Positions 41,625-50,823 of a DNA stretch of 64,000 nucleotides are shown piece after piece. Where the stretch lies: sequence record ON529855.1. The stretch is one strand, 5' to 3'. Position 1 is the first letter of the stretch; each line of letters begins with the position of its first letter. Both the position numbers and the translations under genes were made by a program. The notes under the pieces were generated by a model. That model saw only the letters and a program-made list of their open reading frames with translations, searched no databases and had not been told where the DNA came from.

Positions 41625-42610
41625 GCGTCCAGCTTGACCCAGGCCCCGTCGCGACGCTCGTGCGTCTGACGCCAGCCGTCATAGCGCGGCTGATGATAGG
41701 CGATTTCGCCCGTCAGGGTTTCGATCTCATGGCGAATGCGGTGCAGCTTGGAGGCTTTGAGGCGGTCGTAGGTCACCTCGGGGTGCTGGGCGCGCCGGAT
41801 CGCCTTCGTCGCTTCAAAGACGGCGTCGAAGGTCTCGCGGGTGACCTGATGCCGGGCCGTCTGGGCCTTGGACCAGGCGTTGGGCCGCGTCGTCTCGTCC
41901 GCGAAGGCCCAGGTCAGCGCATATTTTTCGGCCTCCGTGTCTTCCAGCGACTTCTCCGCCACGGCCTTGCTCGTCCGCAGCATCTTCAGCATCGCGCCGA
42001 GGCGCTCGCGCGACACTTCCCAGGGCAACGCCTTCGCCCCGTAGCAGGAAGCGGTCTGCCAGCCGGAACCGGGCCGCTGATAGCCGTGGTGGGCGATCTC
42101 GCCCGTCTCCGCCAGAATGCCGCGTGCGCAGCATTGGCAGGTCATGGCCTTGGCGTCGCGTTCTTCGCGGGCGATCGAGGTCTTGGAGGGACGCGGCGCC
42201 CGCTTGCCGATCAGGGGTTTGAGGTTGTCGAGCGCCTGGGACAGGGGAACCATCTCCTCCAGCAGGGCGACCATGGCGTCGCGCATGGCGCTTTCGCCCT
42301 TGAAGGCCTTCGCCCGCTTGAGATAGCCCGGAACCAGGTGAGGATAGGGGTGGCCCAGTGACCAGGCCAGGTCCTGCTCCTTCTCTGACAGGGGAGAGGT
42401 TCCGCCGCCCCAGCGGTAACCTTCGCCGATGACCTTCTTCCAGGCGGCGTCCATGGCGTTGGAGATGTGGTATTTGACGTCGGCGAACTCCGCCTTGATC
42501 AGAACGCCTTCCGCGTGGAAACCGGCGATCTTGCCCAGGGTGTCTTCGAGGTTCCGGGCGTAACGGTCCGAGACATTGGCGAAAATCGAGGGGAAATCGG
42601 TCGGCGTCAT
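41621..42610 (-). CDS. hypothetical protein with CQCC...HHGY..PG....SC motif (329 aa)
   Basis: ORF; SD AAGGAG; promoter upstream. Confidence 0.75.
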   Translation of the reverse strand: MTPTDFPSIFANVSDRYARNLEDTLGKIAGFHAEGVLIKAEFADVKYHISNAMDAAWKKVIGEGYRWGGGTSPLSEKEQDLAWSLGHPYPHLVPGYLKRAKAFKGESAMRDAMVALLEEMVPLSQALDNLKPLIGKRAPRPSKTSIAREERDAKAMTCQCCARGILAETGEIAHHGYQRPGSGWQTASCYGAKALPWEVSRERLGAMLKMLRTSKAVAEKSLEDTEAEKYALTWAFADETTRPNAWSKAQTARHQVTRETFDAVFEATKAIRRAQHPEVTYDRLKASKLHRIRHEIETLTGEIAYHQPRYDGWRQTHERRDGAWVKLDA

Positions 42611-42639
42611 GAAAGGGCTCCTTCCTGAATGGTGGGACG

Positions 42640-42668
42640 GCTGTAAAGGAACGATTTTAGGTTGTCAA
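42640..42668 (-). promoter_or_regulatory. phage promoter with TTCCTTTACA motif
   Basis: TTGACA-N17-TACAGC. Confidence 0.75.
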
Positions 42669-42695
42669 TCACAGGCGAACTGATTGCCGTAATTA

Positions 42696-42724
42696 TTGAC
42701 ACTGAGCATGGTTAACGCTATAAG
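42696..42724 (+). promoter_or_regulatory. near-consensus sigma70 promoter with CtrA half-site in spacer
   Basis: TTGACA-N17-TATAAG; ATGGTTAA (reverse complement of TTAACCAT) at 42708-42715. Confidence 0.7.
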
Positions 42725-42785
42725 GAATGCCTCAAAATGCCGCGTTTTTGTCGTGGCTGACAGCCCTCCCACCGGTACAAAAAAC

Positions 42786-45700
42786 ATGGCACCTGTCCGC
42801 ACGAAGCGCATCGCGCTCGTCTCTACGCGCATCCCTAACTATCCGCATCGCAAGAAGGATGGAGGGGGATCAGGCGGCGGTTCGGGTTCCGGGCCTCAGG
42901 TCCATGACATCGTCTTTGACGGTCCCGCCCTGATCACCGAGGGCGCCGCCGCCGGCACCGTCGTGGCCGGCGTGTCCTCGCTGCCGCCGGAAGCCGAACT
43001 GACCCTGGTCAACGACGCCGGCGGGCGCTTCGCCCTGGAAGACGGCGTTCTGATCGCCGGCGCGACCCCGACCGACTACGAGGCCGCAACCCAGCATACG
43101 GTGGTCATTCGCGGCGCGCTCGGCGCCAGCGCCCTGGACAAGCCCCTGGTCGTCTCGGTGGTCAATCTGGTGGAACTGGTCGACTTTGACCTGACCGGAC
43201 TGACGGTGCGTGAAGACGCCGCTCAAGGCGCGGTCGTCGGCGTCCTGTCGTCTGATCCGACGGGAGCCGCCTTCACCCTCACCAATACCGCTGGCGGACG
43301 CTTCGCCCTGTCGGGTTCGAACGTGGTGCGCGGCGCGACCGCGCTCGATTATGAAGCCGCGACCAGCCACGACATCACCATCAGCGCCGCCCTGGGCGGC
43401 GAGGTCATCAACAAGACCTTCACCATCCAGGTCACCGACGTCGACGAACTGACCAGCTTCGCCCTGTCGGCCAACACCATCGCCGAGAACTCGCCGGCCG
43501 GCACCGCCGTGGGCACGCTGTCGTCGGTCCCCGCCGGCGCCACGTTCACCTTGGTGAACAACGCCGGAAACCGGTTCGCGCTGACGGGCGGAGCCCAGAT
43601 CGTCGCCGGTTCGGTCGCCACGGATTACGAGAGCGCCACCAGCCACCAGATTACGGCGCGCGCGACTCGGCTGGGCGAAACGATCGAGCAGAACTTCACG
43701 ATCAACGTCACCAACGTCAACGAACTGACCAATATCACCCTGAGCGCGGCGACGGTGGTCGAAAACACCGGACCGGGCGTCACGGTCGGAGCCCTGGCCT
43801 CGGTTCCCCCCGGCGCCGCCTTCGCCCTGACGGATAACGCCGGGAACCGCTTCGCCGTCTCCGGCTCCAACCTGGTGACGGGCGCGGTCAGCACCAACTA
43901 CGAAGCCGCGACCAGCCATAATGTGACGGTCGAGGCGACGCGCGGCGCCGACGTCATCACCCGCTCCTTCACCGTCAACGTGACCGATGTCGTCGAGCCG
44001 CTGTCCATCGACCTCGCTCCCGCGTCCATCGCCGAAAACTCTCCCCAGGGCGCCCTTGTCGGCACGCTGACTTCGGACCCCGCCGGGGCGACCTATACGC
44101 TGACGGACTCGGCCGCCAGCCGCTTCGCCCTGGCGGGCGACACCATCGTCGTCGGGACGGTCCTGACGGACTTTGAGACGGCGGCGAGCCACACGATCAC
44201 GGTGGATGCGGAACTGGACGGCGTGGAGACCTCCCGCACCTTCACCATCACCGTGACCGATGTGGCTGAACTCACCGACATCGCCCTGTCCAACACCACC
44301 GTGGCGGAGAACATCGCCAGCGGCGGCGTCGTCGGCGCGCTGACGTCGACGCCGGGCGGCGCGACCTGGACCCTTGTGGACAACGCCGGAAGCCGTTTCG
44401 CGATCACGGGCGGCAATGTGGTGCGCGGCGCGACGGCGCTGGATTACGAGGCGGCGACTTCGCACAACATCACCGTGCGCGGCACGCGCGGCGGAGAGAC
44501 CCTGGAGAAGACCTTCACCATCACGGTCACCAATGTCGTCGAAATCAGCGACATCACCCTGTCGGCGAACACGACTCCGGAAAACTCCGTGGCGCCCGCC
44601 GTGGTGGGCGCACTGACGTCGACGCCTGCCGGCGCCAGCTTCATCATGACCAACAACGCCGGCAACCGTTTCGCCCTGTCGGGATCGAACGTGGTGCGCG
44701 GCGCGACGGCGCTCGATTACGAGAACGCCACCGCGCACGACGTCACCATCCGGGGGACCCGTCAAGGCGAGACCTTCGACAAGACGTTCACCATCAACGT
44801 CACCAACGTCAATGAGATCACCGACATCACCCTGACGCCGTCCAGCGTGGCGGAAAGCATCGCCCAGGGCGCGACCATCGGCGCCCTGACTTCGGTTCCG
44901 GCCGGAGCCTCCTTCGCCCTGCTGGACACGGTCGGCGGCCGCTTCAACATCGTGGGCACCAACCTGGTGCGCGGCGCGACGGCGCTCGATTACGAGAACG
45001 CCACCTCGCACCCCGTCCAGGTCCAGGCGACCCTGGGTCCGGACACCTTCAACAAGACGTTGACGGTCACGGTGACCAATGTCTCCGAACTGACGGCGAT
45101 CAATCTGTCGGCGAACACGATCGCCGAGAACTCCGTGGCGGGAACCGTCGTGGGCGGCCTGACGTCGACCCCCGCTGGAGCGACCTTCACGATGACCGGC
45201 AACGCCGGCAATCGCTTCGCCCTGTCCGGAAACAACGTCGTCGCCGGATCGGTCTCGACCGATTACGAAGCCGCGACCAGCCACGAGGTGACGATCCAGG
45301 GGGCGCGGGGCGGCGAAACCCTCAACCAGACCTTCACGATCAACGTGACCGACGTGGTGGAGACCGTGCCGCAGCCGGAAGAGAGCCGTCCGGCCCAGAC
45401 CGACATCATGATCACGCAGGAATACGCCTACTCGGGAGCGCCCGACGGCGACCTCGTCGGCGTCCTGCTGGCGATTCCGAAGACCAAGGCGGAGTATTCC
45501 GCCTATGTGTCGGGCGTGACCTATACCCTGCTCGACGACGCGGGCGGCCGCTTCAAGCTGGCGACGGGATCATCCCATTCGCGCCAACTGCTGGCGGGAC
45601 CGACGGCGACCAACGACGCCGTCGCCACCGAGCACTCCATCACCGTGCGCGCCGAATGGGGCGCCGGGGCCTATACGCGCGAACAGACCTTCGTCCTGTC

Positions 45701-45995
45701 GGTCCGTCCCGCCGGATCGATGCGCGGCGGCACCAATCAGGTGCTTGCGGCGGGCACCGCCAACCCCACGGCCACGGCGAACGGTTCGTCGGGTACGGCG
45801 CCCTATACCCACGAGTGGACGATGGAGGCCTCCGAAAACTACGCCATCCAGGCCGGCGCCTCCACCGCCGTCGTTACGTTGGGCTACACCGGCCCGACCC
45901 CCGGCTTCGGTTGGGGGGTCACGCGGGCGGTCACCTACGACAGCGCCGGAAAGCACGCCTGGTCGCGCTTCCTGGTCATCTTCTCGCCCAGCTAA
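42786..45995 (+). CDS. cadherin-like repeat protein (1069 aa, about 10 repeats), putative virion adhesin/fibre
   Basis: ~91-aa repeats with EN...G..VG.L, GRF, (L/T)DYE.A.SH.IT, F.I.VT(D/N)V.E; start re-assigned to ATG 42786 downstream of promoter. Confidence 0.9.
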   Translation: MAPVRTKRIALVSTRIPNYPHRKKDGGGSGGGSGSGPQVHDIVFDGPALITEGAAAGTVVAGVSSLPPEAELTLVNDAGGRFALEDGVLIAGATPTDYEAATQHTVVIRGALGASALDKPLVVSVVNLVELVDFDLTGLTVREDAAQGAVVGVLSSDPTGAAFTLTNTAGGRFALSGSNVVRGATALDYEAATSHDITISAALGGEVINKTFTIQVTDVDELTSFALSANTIAENSPAGTAVGTLSSVPAGATFTLVNNAGNRFALTGGAQIVAGSVATDYESATSHQITARATRLGETIEQNFTINVTNVNELTNITLSAATVVENTGPGVTVGALASVPPGAAFALTDNAGNRFAVSGSNLVTGAVSTNYEAATSHNVTVEATRGADVITRSFTVNVTDVVEPLSIDLAPASIAENSPQGALVGTLTSDPAGATYTLTDSAASRFALAGDTIVVGTVLTDFETAASHTITVDAELDGVETSRTFTITVTDVAELTDIALSNTTVAENIASGGVVGALTSTPGGATWTLVDNAGSRFAITGGNVVRGATALDYEAATSHNITVRGTRGGETLEKTFTITVTNVVEISDITLSANTTPENSVAPAVVGALTSTPAGASFIMTNNAGNRFALSGSNVVRGATALDYENATAHDVTIRGTRQGETFDKTFTINVTNVNEITDITLTPSSVAESIAQGATIGALTSVPAGASFALLDTVGGRFNIVGTNLVRGATALDYENATSHPVQVQATLGPDTFNKTLTVTVTNVSELTAINLSANTIAENSVAGTVVGGLTSTPAGATFTMTGNAGNRFALSGNNVVAGSVSTDYEAATSHEVTIQGARGGETLNQTFTINVTDVVETVPQPEESRPAQTDIMITQEYAYSGAPDGDLVGVLLAIPKTKAEYSAYVSGVTYTLLDDAGGRFKLATGSSHSRQLLAGPTATNDAVATEHSITVRAEWGAGAYTREQTFVLSVRPAGSMRGGTNQVLAAGTANPTATANGSSGTAPYTHEWTMEASENYAIQAGASTAVVTLGYTGPTPGFGWGVTRAVTYDSAGKHAWSRFLVIFSPS
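43200..45360 (+). repeat. ~273-nt period tandem repeat underlying the cadherin domains
   Basis: Near-identical gtggtgcgcggcgcgac.gcgct.gatta segments near 43323, 44418, 44691 and 44964. Confidence 0.8.
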
Positions 45996-45999
45996 TCAG

Positions 46000-46027
46000 A
46001 AAGGCCCGGAGCAATCCGGGCCTTTTT
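46000..46027. terminator. Rho-independent terminator between convergent genes
   Basis: aaaggcccgga-GCAA-tccgggccttttt. Confidence 0.85.
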
Positions 46028-46028
46028 A

Positions 46029-46229
46029 CTATCCGGCGTCGAACTCGGCTGCTTCGATCTTGTCGCGGATCGGCCGGATGGCGGCCGCGTGTTGTTTGAA
46101 CCAGGCGTCGATCTCGGCCTGGGTCAGGAGATCACCGTCGGTGACCGCCAGGAGACGCCGCTTGTCCATGGCGTCGATCATCAACGCCAGCTTGCGCTCC
46201 TCGAACGTAAAGTCCGTCGGGATGATCAT
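46029..46229 (-). CDS. hypothetical protein (66 aa)
   Basis: ATGA overlap. Confidence 0.65.
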   Translation of the reverse strand: MIIPTDFTFEERKLALMIDAMDKRRLLAVTDGDLLTQAEIDAWFKQHAAAIRPIRDKIEAAEFDAG

Positions 46230-46519
46230 CCGAAGTGATGGGCCGGCAAGGGCGGCGTCTCACGCCCCGGCGGATACCGGTCGTAGAAGACCTCTTCCGT
46301 CTTGACCCCGCTGGAGCGGTCGTAGGCGTAGACCCGGTTGATCATCACACGCGGGGACGCGTCCAGACCATATTTCTTGCGCACGAAATCGGACGCCTCC
46401 ATCCAGTTGCGGGCGAAGGTCGCGGTGTGGCGCGGGCCGATCGGGTGGTGATCCACAGGTTCAAGGACCTGGTAATCCACCTGGAACAGGGTATCGTCGT
46501 CTAAGGGGTGCGTGCGCAT
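46226..46519 (-). CDS. hypothetical protein (97 aa, MRTHPLDDD...)
   Basis: SD AGGAGG; start ATG 46519. Confidence 0.65.
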   Translation of the reverse strand: MRTHPLDDDTLFQVDYQVLEPVDHHPIGPRHTATFARNWMEASDFVRKKYGLDASPRVMINRVYAYDRSSGVKTEEVFYDRYPPGRETPPLPAHHFG

Positions 46520-46658
46520 GCGTCCTCCTGCCGTTCGTCGTCCCCGCCCCTTAGACCTCTCCCCACTGTCTGTCAACACTCTCGTTCCAGACGAATGCTG
46601 CTTGCAACAGCACTCGCCCCGCTTTAGTGTCAGTATCTCTGACATGCGGAGTATTTGA

Positions 46659-46841
46659 GTGAGTGAGAAGTCAAGGCCGACCGTGACCGGCCGCTGGGCG
46701 CGCAGCGAGCCCGTCATCCAGAACTTGCCCGGCTCGTTCGCGGACGCCCTGAGTTGGGCCTTCGAGCGTCAAGACTTCTCCGAAGTCCGGCGGCGTCTGA
46801 AGGCGGGCGACCTGGAGCCCCGGAACACGTCTCATGACTGA
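46659..46841 (+). CDS. hypothetical protein (60 aa)
   Basis: GGAG upstream; overlaps next start. Confidence 0.5.
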   Translation: MSEKSRPTVTGRWARSEPVIQNLPGSFADALSWAFERQDFSEVRRRLKAGDLEPRNTSHD

Positions 46842-47334
46842 CGGCGTGGAATCGCCCCTGGAGCATCGCCAGCCGCGTCGTGGCGACAAGGTCGTGTCCG
46901 CCCGGTTCGGCGACGTGGCTGTCGAAGGCGTGGTCGTCTCGTTCGCCTCCGGGCGACTGACCCTGCAAAGCCCTAAGGACGGTCGGCTGACCTTGCCCAT
47001 TCAGCGCTTCACCTGGAAGCCCCGTGCGAAGCACTGGGTATGCTGGCCCGCCGACATGCTGCGCCATATGAAGACGGTGCTTCAGGCCGAAGAGGCGCAT
47101 GCGCGCGCCCGCTATGGTCTGGAGCCTCGCGTAGGCGACTTCTGTCTGATCTCCGGCCGCGCCGGATGGATCAGCCACTACTACGCCAAGCCGGTCCGGG
47201 CCGATCCGAGAGCCGGCGCCATATTCAACGCCCTTGCCGGCTACGAGATCACGACCGCCGCAGGACCTGTGCGCATCGAGTGCGGCCAGATCACCTACGA
47301 CGCCGAGGAACGCCGCTGGATCGCCGCGCCCTGA
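46834..47334 (+). CDS. hypothetical protein with tandem SH3/KOW-like barrels (166 aa)
   Basis: GDKVV...EG.VV and VGDFCLI repeats. Confidence 0.65.
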   Translation: MTDGVESPLEHRQPRRGDKVVSARFGDVAVEGVVVSFASGRLTLQSPKDGRLTLPIQRFTWKPRAKHWVCWPADMLRHMKTVLQAEEAHARARYGLEPRVGDFCLISGRAGWISHYYAKPVRADPRAGAIFNALAGYEITTAAGPVRIECGQITYDAEERRWIAAP

Positions 47335-47363
47335 AAAATCCACAGTCGACTGGCTTTCGAGTG

Positions 47364-47393
47364 TTGACAGACGGCAGACAGCCCTGCTACCAC
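47364..47393 (+). promoter_or_regulatory. sigma70-like promoter of Ter/TelA operon
   Basis: TTGACA-N18-TACCAC. Confidence 0.6.
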
Positions 47394-47433
47394 CGCCATC
47401 GACGACAAAGACACCCTACGGAGGACCCCCTGA

Positions 47434-47709
47434 ATGACCAAGACCGCCGCTGTTACGCCGCTCGCCCTTGTGCCCGCTGAGCCCGCCGCGCCGATGAGCG
47501 CCTCCGAACGCGCTCGCGCTTCCGCCGCCGTCGCCAAGGCTGACGCGCAGGCTGCGCTGGAAAACCTTCAGGCCAAGATTGAGGCCTGTATCGCCGAAGC
47601 CCGCGACCTGTCCACGGTGGATACGATTCCGGAGGCCGTGCGCACCGAGATCAACAAGTTCGCCGGCAACAGCGCCGGGTCGCTCGACGCCATTTCGCGC
47701 GCCCGCTGA
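47434..47709 (+). CDS. small helical hypothetical protein (91 aa)
   Basis: SD GGAGG. Confidence 0.7.
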   Translation: MTKTAAVTPLALVPAEPAAPMSASERARASAAVAKADAQAALENLQAKIEACIAEARDLSTVDTIPEAVRTEINKFAGNSAGSLDAISRAR

Positions 47710-47746
47710 TCCCCTCACACGACCAGGCTTGAAGGAGCCCCTCTCG

Positions 47747-48874
47747 ATGACTGCATCCAAAGGCTTCGACAAGCCTGTCGCCCAACCCGTGCCCCAGGCC
47801 GTCAAAGACGCGGCCGCAGCGACGGGCTGGCACGCCGCCGACACCTATGAGCCCCGCGCGACGGGCTTGAACGTGGCGCAAGGCCAGCCGCCTGCGGTGC
47901 GTCCTGCCGGTGTTCCCGCCGGCCGCGCCCTGACCCCCTTCACCCTGCAAGAGGTGGTGGACTACGGCAAGCCGCAGGCGACCGCCGCCGCGACGGTGGC
48001 GTCGAAGATCACCGGCTCGGCGCGGTCCGGTGACATTGACGAGGTCGGCAAGGCGCTGACCGCCCTGCTGACCGGCGCTCAGCAATATGATCCGTCCAAG
48101 CTGGGCAAGGGCGGGTTCCTCGGCTTCTTCAAGCGCAAGAAGCGCGAACTGGAGGCCCACTACAAGTCGGTCGACGCCCAGGTGAACACCCTGGCGGCCG
48201 ACGTCCAGAAGCACATCGGTCACTTCCAGGGCCGCATCGGCGACCTGGAGGCCCTGAAGAAAGAAAACGCCGCGCGTCACACCGAACTCGGCGCGGCGAT
48301 GGAGCGCGCCAACGAACGCATCGCCTGGATGAAGGCCAACCCGCCGGAGGTCGACGCCACGGACCCGATGTCGGCGACCAATCTCCAGACCTGGAACAAC
48401 GTCATCGCCTACGCCGAGAAACGCGTGGACGACCTGCGTCGCGCCCAGATTCTCTGCGAGATGCAGGCGCCCCAGATCGACATGATGCAGCAGAACGCCG
48501 GCATGCTGGTGATGAAGTTCGGCGAGGTCCAGACCACGACCCTGCCGCAACTCCAGATGGGCTTCTCGCTCTACATCGCCAACATGGAGGCCCAGAAGGG
48601 CGCCGAGTTCTCCAAGGCGATCGACAACATGAACAACGACCTGATCACCAAGAACTCGGCCCAGTTGGGCGCGACGACGGTGGCGGTGCGCCAGCAGATG
48701 GCGCGGTCCTCGGTCGACCTCACGACCCTTCAGACGGTCAAGGACAATCTGTTCACCACCATGGACGAGTGCAAGCGCATCCAGTCCGAACTCTCCACCC
48801 GCCTGCAAAACGAGCGCCCCGCTCTGGAGCAGGCCAGTCAGGACCTCGCCGCCCGCCTTGCGACCGGCGCCTGA
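47747..48874 (+). CDS. toxic anion resistance protein (TelA/KlaA family)
   Basis: GGFLGFF...Y.SV..QV..L; long coiled coil; .KRV.DL...Q....AP.I.M.Q.N...L..K. Confidence 0.85.
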   Translation: MTASKGFDKPVAQPVPQAVKDAAAATGWHAADTYEPRATGLNVAQGQPPAVRPAGVPAGRALTPFTLQEVVDYGKPQATAAATVASKITGSARSGDIDEVGKALTALLTGAQQYDPSKLGKGGFLGFFKRKKRELEAHYKSVDAQVNTLAADVQKHIGHFQGRIGDLEALKKENAARHTELGAAMERANERIAWMKANPPEVDATDPMSATNLQTWNNVIAYAEKRVDDLRRAQILCEMQAPQIDMMQQNAGMLVMKFGEVQTTTLPQLQMGFSLYIANMEAQKGAEFSKAIDNMNNDLITKNSAQLGATTVAVRQQMARSSVDLTTLQTVKDNLFTTMDECKRIQSELSTRLQNERPALEQASQDLAARLATGA

Positions 48875-48916
48875 TTCTTCGCCCGCCTTCCTCCTACAGA
48901 ACAAGGATAATCCCGC

Positions 48917-49684
48917 ATGGCTGTCATCGACCTGGAAAAGAAAGTCGAGAGCGTCACGATCTCGCTGGCGAAGGCCGGCATCACCAAGGTGCCGCCGCTG
49001 CGCGTCGCCGCCGTCTATGACGACTCCTACTCCATGCAGGGCCTGTATATGAACGGAACCGTTCAGAAGGCCGCCGACCAGGTGCTGGCGATCGGTATGA
49101 AGTTCGACGACGACGGTCAGGTGGACAGCTTCAAGTTCAACAACACGGCCGCCTACGTCGGAACCCAGGACGAGAACCAGTTCGGCACCTTCGTCAAGGA
49201 CGCCATCCTGACGCGCGACGATCTGTGGGGCGGCACCAGCTACGGCACGGGTCTCCAGGCGGTCATGGACTTCTTCTTCGGCTCCGGCGTGCGCTCGAAG
49301 GCCTACGTCCCCGGCGAAAAGAAGAAGGGCCTGTTCGGCTTCGGCGGCGGACAGTCCAAGGGCTCCTACCAGGAGAAGGTCTTCAAGAGCGAGGGCAAGG
49401 ACCCGGTCATGGTCCTGTTCTTCACCGACGGCGAACAGACCGACGGCATGGCCGCCTCCAAGATCATCGCGGCGGCCGAGAAGGCCAACCAACCGATCTA
49501 CTTCAACCTGATCGGCGTGGGCAACGCCACCAACTTCCCCTACCTGCGCAAGCTGGCGGACGACTACGACAACTGCGGCTATGTGCACCTGGGCGGCTTC
49601 GCCAACGCCGACGCCGCGCTCTACGACGCCCTGCTGGGCACGGAAGAGGTCGTCGCCTTCCTGCGCAAGCACGGCGCCTCCTGA
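48917..49684 (+). CDS. VWA-domain protein (Ter-associated)
   Basis: MIDAS-like DDSYSM, GGTSY, FFTDGE, F..IGVG...F.YL.KL. Confidence 0.85.
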   Translation: MAVIDLEKKVESVTISLAKAGITKVPPLRVAAVYDDSYSMQGLYMNGTVQKAADQVLAIGMKFDDDGQVDSFKFNNTAAYVGTQDENQFGTFVKDAILTRDDLWGGTSYGTGLQAVMDFFFGSGVRSKAYVPGEKKKGLFGFGGGQSKGSYQEKVFKSEGKDPVMVLFFTDGEQTDGMAASKIIAAAEKANQPIYFNLIGVGNATNFPYLRKLADDYDNCGYVHLGGFANADAALYDALLGTEEVVAFLRKHGAS

Positions 49685-49695
49685 TCAACCCCCTT

Positions 49696-49723
49696 CGGCC
49701 CGGCGGCGGAGATCGCCGGGCCG
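49696..49723 (+). other. intercistronic 10-bp GC hairpin
   Basis: cggcccggcg...cgccgggccg. Confidence 0.6.
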
Positions 49724-49752
49724 CATCATCAACGACATAAGGACCACATCAT

Positions 49753-50748
49753 ATGGACATCGGGCTCGGCTACGTAGCCTTGGCGGTCATCGCCCTGGGG
49801 CTGCTCGCCTTCGATCTTTACAACCACCGCAAGCCCGAAGAGGTGTCGATCAAGAGCGCAGCGCTCTGGTCGGGCTTCTACGTCCTGGCGGCCCTGGGCT
49901 TCGCCCTCTACATCAACTTCCAGTATTCGACCGAGTGGGCGCAACTGTTCCTGACCGGCTACGCGCTGGAGAAGGTCCTGGCGGTGGACAACCTGTTCGC
50001 CTTCATGATCATCTTCTCCTACTTCGGCGTCGCGTCGAAGTTCCAGCACAACATCCTCTACTGGGGCATCCTGGGCGCCATCATCTTCCGGGGCGTGTTC
50101 GTGGTGCTGGGCACGTCGTTCACGGCCCTGTTCGGACCCTGGGCGCTGCTGATCTTCGCGGCCATCATCGGCTACACCGCCATCAAGATGCTCCAGGGCG
50201 GCGGCGATGACGGCGACGAGGCGGTCGACTACGCCGACAAGTGGTATATCAAGGGCGTCAAGCGCTTCCTGCCGGTCACCGAGAAGACCGACGGCGGCAA
50301 GTTCTTCCTGAAGCTGCCGACCAACGCCGGCAAGACGGCCCTGTTCGCCACCCCGATGTTCCTGTGCCTGATCGCCATCGAAGTCACCGACGTGGTCTTC
50401 GCCTTCGACAGCGTCCCGGCCGTGATCGCGGTCACCAAGGAGCCCTTCCTGGTCTATTCGGCCATGATCTTCGCCATCCTCGGCCTGCGTTCGCTCTACT
50501 TCGTGCTGGAAGCGCTGCGCCGCGTCCTGTCGCGACTGGAGACGGCGGTCATCTTCATCCTGCTCTTCATCGCCGGCAAGCTGACGGTGCAGGCGGGCTC
50601 CACCCTGGTCCACGATTTCACCGGCGCCATGCAGCCCGTGCATATCGACCCGCTGCTCAGCCTCGGCATCGTCATGACCCTGCTGGTCGGCGGCGTGATC
50701 TGGTCGCTGGTCAGCCCCGTCAAGGAAGACGAAGCCGAAGCGGCCTAA
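49753..50748 (+). CDS. terC: TerC/Alx family integral membrane protein
   Basis: GYALEKVLAVDNLF, IEVTDVVFAFDSVPAVIA, ILGLRSLYF; multiple TM helices. Confidence 0.95.
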   Translation: MDIGLGYVALAVIALGLLAFDLYNHRKPEEVSIKSAALWSGFYVLAALGFALYINFQYSTEWAQLFLTGYALEKVLAVDNLFAFMIIFSYFGVASKFQHNILYWGILGAIIFRGVFVVLGTSFTALFGPWALLIFAAIIGYTAIKMLQGGGDDGDEAVDYADKWYIKGVKRFLPVTEKTDGGKFFLKLPTNAGKTALFATPMFLCLIAIEVTDVVFAFDSVPAVIAVTKEPFLVYSAMIFAILGLRSLYFVLEALRRVLSRLETAVIFILLFIAGKLTVQAGSTLVHDFTGAMQPVHIDPLLSLGIVMTLLVGGVIWSLVSPVKEDEAEAA

Positions 50749-50763
50749 GTCGACCTCCCCTAC

Positions 50764-50795
50764 AGGGTCGGCGGCGCGGGCGAACCGCCGACCCT
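50764..50795 (+). other. intercistronic 11-bp GC hairpin
   Basis: agggtcggcgg...ccgccgaccct. Confidence 0.6.
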
Positions 50796-50823
50796 CTTCC
50801 TCGCCCACCACAAAGGAAACTCC

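Noticed and set aside
42737-42760. 7-codon uORF (MPRFCRG) and weak TTTTTGT/ACAAAAA pairing in the cadherin leader
   Set aside because: Too short and weak to distinguish from chance.
42696-42785. TTG start of the 1099-aa cadherin ORF given in the track
   Set aside because: The TTG is the -35 hexamer of the promoter; ATG 42786 downstream of the -10 is more plausible.
42870-45284. 804-aa minus-strand ORF antisense to the cadherin gene (also 47651-49672, 24370-26568, 37425-38888, 1597-3162 and similar)
   Set aside because: Shadow ORFs caused by high GC3 on the opposite strand; no motifs, no SD, and fully overlapped by better-supported genes.
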